Shown piece after piece: positions 58,379 through 64,000 of a stretch of 64,000 nucleotides of DNA (its first letter is position 1; every line of letters starts with the position of its first letter). This stretch comes from the human T2T-CHM13v2.0 reference genome, Homo sapiens. The stretch is taken from the NCBI RefSeq assembly GCF_009914755.1, contig NC_060928.1; one strand, 5' to 3'. A program made the translations under genes and the position numbers. A model generated the notes under the pieces. It saw nothing but the letters and a program-made list of their open reading frames with translations, ran no database searches and was not told where the DNA came from.

Positions 58379-58456
58379 GTAGAAAAGGAGAAAAGAAAGA
58401 AGGGGAGGAGGAATGGAGGGAGAAAAGGAGGAGGAAGAAGAAGAAAAGGAAGAGAC
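58379..58456. repeat. Purine-rich (GA/GGA/GAA) low-complexity tract
   Basis: Almost pure A/G for about 75 nt. Confidence 0.85.
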
Positions 58457-58686
58457 AAATTGAAATGATTAATAATTTAATTAGATGAAATTTATTTTTA
58501 TTTTTTCACTTTTTTATTTGTTTGTATCTAATTTTATAAAACAGAAGAAACATTAAAACAATATTAGTAGAGAACAGAATATGTGCCAAGAAATACAATA
58601 TGCAGGGAACGTTCATTGAAATTGATTCCCTAAGACATAACAATTTGCAAGTTACATAATATGTTTAAGGTAGCAATTACTAGCAC

Positions 58687-58746
58687 ACTATTCACCTTAA
58701 AAACATGTTAAATGATACTATTCATCTTAAAAATATGTTAAATGAA
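58687..58746. repeat. 30-bp tandem duplication
   Basis: actattcaccttaaaaacatgttaaatgat / actattcatcttaaaaatatgttaaatgaa. Confidence 0.9.
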
Positions 58747-60013
58747 TGAATGACGAATCATGAAAGCAAAGGGAAATACTTTGAATACTTTTTTCCTTGG
58801 ATTCTGCATACAACTGTCTTTCTAATATCACAAATTCAATGAATAAGTATCATAGTCAAATATACTTTTCAAAAATTAGTAGCACTCACCACAGGCTAAT
58901 TGCAGAGGGAAAATAACAATGAGGAGAGCAAGCAGAGAAAAATAGAACATAAATCTTTGGCTCTTGCAGAGTCAGTGAACAACCTAATTTCCTCTCATTC
59001 ATTTTTTTTCCACGTAAGATAGCCAGAAAGGATTCTGTGGTTTGCATTTAAACCCTCGTCCCCTCCCCACCCCAACTGACACAGTGCCTCTGCAAGATCC
59101 CAGAATATACATAGGCCTGGCCACTCAAAGTGTACATGGCCACCTTGTGCATGTGGAAGTGTTTCATATACTTGTTACTCTTCTTTTCCTCCTGAGTAAA
59201 GAGAATGAAGGCAAGTGCATTGCAATTATTCCTTTTCAGAAATCACTCAAGAGTAACTTTTTGTGCTTACAATCCTTTAAACCTCAGCTCCCCTATTTAA
59301 GATCATGGCAAAACTCTGGCACTACGACTGAGTGTTGTTTTTTATAGCCGTGATACGTTAATGCCAGTAGCATAGAGCAAAATATTTATATGATGAGTCT
59401 TATTCATGGCTTTTCTACTGGAAGGGATGCTGCACTTACTTCTTTAAATGCCATCTTAAAATGATGGTAAAGGGAATTATAATGTACTATAAACAAACAT
59501 TTGGCTTTGCATTTTCAAAGGAGCAAACGTATGCATTCAGTGAGTTTTAAAGGGGCAAGAACCAAAGGGACTATTCTAAATTAAAGATCCTTTTCATCTC
59601 AGAACAGTAAAGCATGCAAGGACTTATGTGGATTTAACTCTAGTGTATTATTACGGTATGATTAGTGTATAAAGCCAATTTTGCACATCATGCCTGACTA
59701 CTGCCTCCATCTTCTAAATTTGCAGAACTTCAGATAAGGCTAACTGTTCAATACATATAATGACTTCTAAAGTATATTAGAAAATAATTTGCATGTCCTA
59801 AACCATTTTCTGAATCTCCATCAGACCTATCACTAATTTTATTGCCCATAGTTTCTTTCTCTCCCCAGTCAGAGTCTGCAGGGGATCAGTCCTGTGCACA
59901 AGCCTGCTTCAAAGACTGCAATGCACAAGCAGATTGCTGACTGGGTCAAAGGCCATAAATCCACCCCACTCAGGCTGGACTATGGGAGGTTATCTAATCC
60001 AAATCTGTATTTG

Positions 60014-60429
60014 TGTTGGTGGATGCTGGGGTACACAGATTCATCCCCTCAGGACGGAGACAGTAAAGCTGCTGGGAGTCTTGGTGGCTGAGATCTTGCG
60101 TGTGAGTCCTTTCCCTGGATTGTCCTTAGTTGAAGAGAGCCACCCTTTCCAAGATTACACCCTCTGTCATGGAATGACCAGGTGATATAGGAAGGTTAAG
60201 GCTCAGCTTCCTGCTTTCAACTCAGAACTGGGAAGGGCATTCCAGCTTTAGAGCTCTCCGGGGTTGGCTGAGGCTTTCATTGTAACTGCATTGGAACATG
60301 ACTCTCCTGCTGTCCAATCCTGCTCCTTTCTCTCCTCTAGAGGTGTTGATCCTGAGAACACATGCCAATAAACCACTTTTATATAAAATTCTGTCTCACC
60401 ATTTGCTTCCTGCAAGCCAATCGGTAACA
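60014..60429 (+). mobile_element. LTR16-type ERVL solo LTR
   Basis: 'ggatgctg...cccctcaggac...agctgctgggagt...ggttggctgaggc...ccaataaac...aaca'. Confidence 0.75.
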
Positions 60430-60934
60430 TCAAATGACTCCACTCCCTTCTGTGCCTGGCTTTTATATAGAATCTTGACTCATCAGGATTTTTGTCTTGA
60501 GAATTAAAACAAGAAACAAAGCAAGAAACGAGGAATTGATAATTGGCAATGGAATGGAGAGTTTATATAAATAGAGAAAGCCATAGCGACACCTACATAG
60601 GACCATGGTTAATATACATAAGCTGATGGATTCTTCTGAGAAATCAGAATAATGGAATAGACCCGCTTATCAAGACAGTGATGAAAGTGGCCACGTGAGG
60701 TGGAAACTCTGTTTCCTTCTTTAAGTCCCTGTGACTCCAGGCCATATTAAATATGCCCTAAACAAATAGCTATAAGATTATATATTATATTTCTATAACT
60801 CCTCCTTTTCACTTGAGCTAGCTTGAGTCTGTTTTTTGTTATACAATCAAAATACCTTTAAATAAAATATCAAGTGTAACATAAATATAGGGCTTTAAAT
60901 TTTTACAAAGCTCTAGGTAAAGAAAATGTGACAT

Positions 60935-61455
60935 ATATAGAGTCTGAATTAAGGATTCAGGTGCAAGTAATTTATGAAGAACAACATCTCAGGAGGAACC
61001 AGTTCAGGAGGATGCAGGAAAGAAAAAGGAGAAAAGCCAAGCAAAAATACAATTTTGGATGAAGGCCAGATTTAGCCTGATTTCAAAGGGAGTTCTGAAA
61101 AGGAAAACAGACCTTAGAGTCTATTCCACCCTAGGGTAAAGAGGTGGGCTTTTTAAAAAAACCTTTATAGCAGTCAGTCACTGGCTACAGATTGTTGGTA
61201 TGTGTGTGTGTGCATGCATGTGTGTGTCTGTGCGTGCATGTGTGTGTCTGTGTGTGTGTGTGTTTGGGGCATGGAAAGCTTCATCCAGTATTCTGGCTCT
61301 TTAGATACGTGAGGCTCTGCAGTGGCCAAGAGCAAGCCTCTAAATTTGGCAAGCGCCAGCCTTTAGCAGCAAAGCAGAAGCTGGATGGCAGGTGCAGAAA
61401 CAAACAAACAAACAAACAAAAACGTGAAGGGCATCTGAAGGGATCTGGGTAGACC
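60935..61455 (-). mobile_element. LTR16/LTR33-type ERVL LTR containing (TG)n at 61198-61263
   Basis: 'aaggattcaggtgcaagtaatttat', 'cagtcagtcactggctacag', 'aagggatctgggt'. Confidence 0.5.
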
Positions 61456-61525
61456 AGTAAGACTGGAATTAGGTTTTCTGCTGAAACTAAGTATCAGAAA
61501 AGATTCTCAGAACTGAATTGATCAT

Positions 61526-62070
61526 TATAGTGGTTAAAACAAAATATGTCTACAATTTGTGTTATTCCTTCTGTCAGGATGTGGAACCAAATTCCTCTCT
61601 TCTGAGTACAGGCTGGAATAAGTGACTCTATTCTGACAAATTCAATATGGCAGAAGTTATGGTTTGTAACTTGAAGGCTAAATCATAAAAGGCAAGAATG
61701 GGTTTTCTCTCTTCCCCTCTACCTTTCTAGGGTTGTTTTCTTTGGGGAAGCTAGCGATCATGTCATGGACAGGGGACACTCACATGCTAAGAACCTGTGA
61801 TCAACAGTGGAGAACTGAGGGCTTCTGCCAACAGTATGTGAATGAGCTTAGAAGTGAATCCCCCAGCCCCAGTCAAGCCTTCAGATGAAGCAGCCACAGC
61901 CTATGTTCTGAATGAAACCTTAAGAGAGACTCTGAGCCAGATCCAGAGCTACGTAGCTAAGCCAATCCTAGGTTTGTAACTCCCAGAAGCTTTCTGATAT
62001 AACAATATTTGTTGTTTTAAACTGCTAATTTGGGTAGTGGTTTATTATACAGGAATAGATAATGAATACA
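61526..62070 (+). mobile_element. MLT1F-like MaLR solo LTR
   Basis: 'gaactgagg...ccagccccagtcaagccttcagatga...ctgagccaga...aatagataatgaataca'. TSD atcat / atcac. Confidence 0.85.
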
Positions 62071-62384
62071 ATCACCCAGTGTTTTGGAGGCCTGGCTTTC
62101 TTTCAGGTGGCAAATCACTCACTAGGTCATTTATCTTCAAATAGAATGTAGGGCAGCTTCAAAAATAGGCTGAATCCTCAAATGCAAATAACTCTTTTTC
62201 TCCTAGTAGTTGACCATCAAGTACAAATTTCTCCACTACTGAAAAAATCTGGAGTAGGTAACGTTATGAATTAAGCAGTTTCAGGAAGGGGATAGAAAGC
62301 ACAAGGTGACAGAGTTGCCTCATAAGAATTTAAAAATGAGAAAGAACAAGTAAGTATTATAGATTTATAAGTATTAGCCCTATA

Positions 62385-62550
62385 TAGTGAAAAGAATTGG
62401 ACTAGGAGTTAAAATGTCTGTGGTAGGTAAAATGCAGCTTTGCCACTCAATAATGGTAATTCCTTTCTTTTTCTCTGTTCCTCGATGACCTCCTCTATAA
62501 ACCAATAGTAAGAAAATGAGCTTATTAGGTAGCTGTGAGGATTAGATGGG
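62385..62550 (+). mobile_element. MIR fragment
   Basis: 'tagtgaaaaga...ggactaggagtta...gctttgccact...gctgtgaggattagatg'. Confidence 0.5.
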
Positions 62551-62551
62551 T

Positions 62552-63306
62552 CAGTGATTCTCATGGGAGGCTCAGGGCATTCAGCCAATGTATAGTGGCA
62601 GTTTTCGGTGTCAACATGATTAAGGGAGCACTGCTGACATTTAGTGGGAAGGGCCATGGAGGAGAGATGTTCAGCAGTGTGCATGGCAGGGCAGTCCTGC
62701 ATGATGCACAGGTGCCTGGATTTCCAGTGTCCTGACACTCATTCATGGAGGGGGGAAGCCCAGCTTGAAATAATCTGACCTTAGAACATTATACATTTTA
62801 CATACAATTCCAAATTTTTTTTTCCAAAAAAGCACTATTTTATGAAATACTGAATTTTTCAGAAAAACAGCTACCATGAAATATAAAAAATATATTCCTT
62901 TAAAAAATGAACTTTACCAAGAGTTGTTGAACATTTTGAAAATCATGCCTGGTACACCACTCTAGGTATGGGCACAGATGATAAAGTGAACCTTGTCGGT
63001 CTACATTCATAGCTGGCACAGTCAGTGATTGTAACCATAGCTGCAGATATTAGAATACTTTATTGTATTTTAGATTGGCTAGAATCTCAACACTTACATG
63101 TTGTTACATATGTTAATTTTTTATTCATTTCTTTCCTTTTATTTATGCTTTACATAGGTTATTACATTGATCTTTAAAAAATATATTATTGTATTTAGGT
63201 TTTAGGTTACATTATCTCTGTGCTTTATGTCAGCAGCAAAAAGATATTGTAACAAATTATTTCCACTAGAAAAGAGACACTGGACCTGATATATTGAGAA
63301 ACACTA
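62552..63306 (+). mobile_element. MER20B-like hAT-Charlie element
   Basis: Starts cagtgattctca, contains 'actgctgacatttagtggg' and 'gaactttaccaagagttgtt', ends 'ttgagaaacact'. Confidence 0.7.
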
Positions 63307-63367
63307 ATTCTGAAAAAAAAAAAAAAGATAATTGAAAAACAGGGAAGGTCTATGCAAAGATGCTATT

Positions 63368-63715
63368 TATAAGTCACTCATCCTCAATTCCTAAATCCAA
63401 GCAAATCTGAAACTCAAAAGCCTTTCTAAATTCACTTGGCCATAAAACCTAACCTAAATTTAGCTTAGAAAAACATACAACTTCAACTAATGAGGTTATT
63501 TATAGTATTTATTGATTGTTTTGTTTATTTATTTAAGTGCTTACTTGTGCATTTTGCTTCAGAAATATTGAACTGCTTGAATCTGGAGTGCTTCCCCAGA
63601 TTCAAGCCATATCCAGAATATGTCCCACTGTTTTGTCCTCTTAAGGTTTAAAATATTCTAAATTCCAAAACATAATGGGCTCCCTATATGTCAGAAAAGA
63701 AATTATAGACTTGTG
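63368..63715. mobile_element. Probable ancient TcMar-Tigger (Tigger12-like) MITE
   Basis: 'aaatccaagcaaatctgaaact' near one end and 'aattccaaaaca...gggctccc...attatagacttgt' at the other. Confidence 0.35.
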
Positions 63716-64000
63716 CCATTATAAGCAGGTGTAAGTATTGCTATTTGAGCCTCAAACTCCAGGTATAGGTTTACTAAGAGAAGGTGATCCCAAACTTAAT
63801 CCTAAATTTATAATTTTAGCAGAGAATATTTTTCTTGAACGTAGCTACTCAATAGTTGACTGTAATGAGACACATTCAAAAGATGTAACAATGGCTATAG
63901 CTAAATTGTTGACTGTATCAATAACATAAATTATGAAGGTACCTTTTCCATAATTTAATGAGTAAACCTCAAAGCATGATTTCTGTTATTTTTCAGTATT

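Noticed and set aside
63575-63607. Iron-responsive element
   Set aside because: The loop is not CAGUGN and there is no bulged C five pairs below it.

Overview
AT-rich, CpG-depleted primate (very probably human) genomic DNA. It carries 15 Alu copies of J, S and Y age. I cannot support any protein-coding exon, tRNA, rRNA, CRISPR array or prokaryotic feature. The long ORFs in the track come from Alu, MER52 or L1 sequence, or are random. The window looks intronic or intergenic, and much of it is transposon fossils: hAT-Charlie, Tigger, MER30/MER63/MER20B, MIR, L2, several L1 fragments, MaLR and ERVL LTRs, a decayed ERVL provirus with nested insertions (29.9-36.4 kb) and a MER52 solo LTR. Subfamily names come from remembered consensus sequences and need RepeatMasker/Dfam confirmation. 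I do not see a new biological system. The most notable non-routine structures are: an old ~0.5 kb inverted duplication (4449-4983 vs 27355-27864) that includes non-transposon flank; a 42-bp near-perfect inverted repeat filled with scrambled copies of itself (51021-51182); a tailless internal L1 ORF2 fragment replacing part of an ERVL LTR; a 33-nt 3'-truncated U2 snRNA retrocopy with TSDs; a tail-to-tail inverted Alu pair; and several short perfect hairpins. Speculative splice and promoter signals at ~1.9 kb and 9.4-10.1 kb are flagged as inference only.
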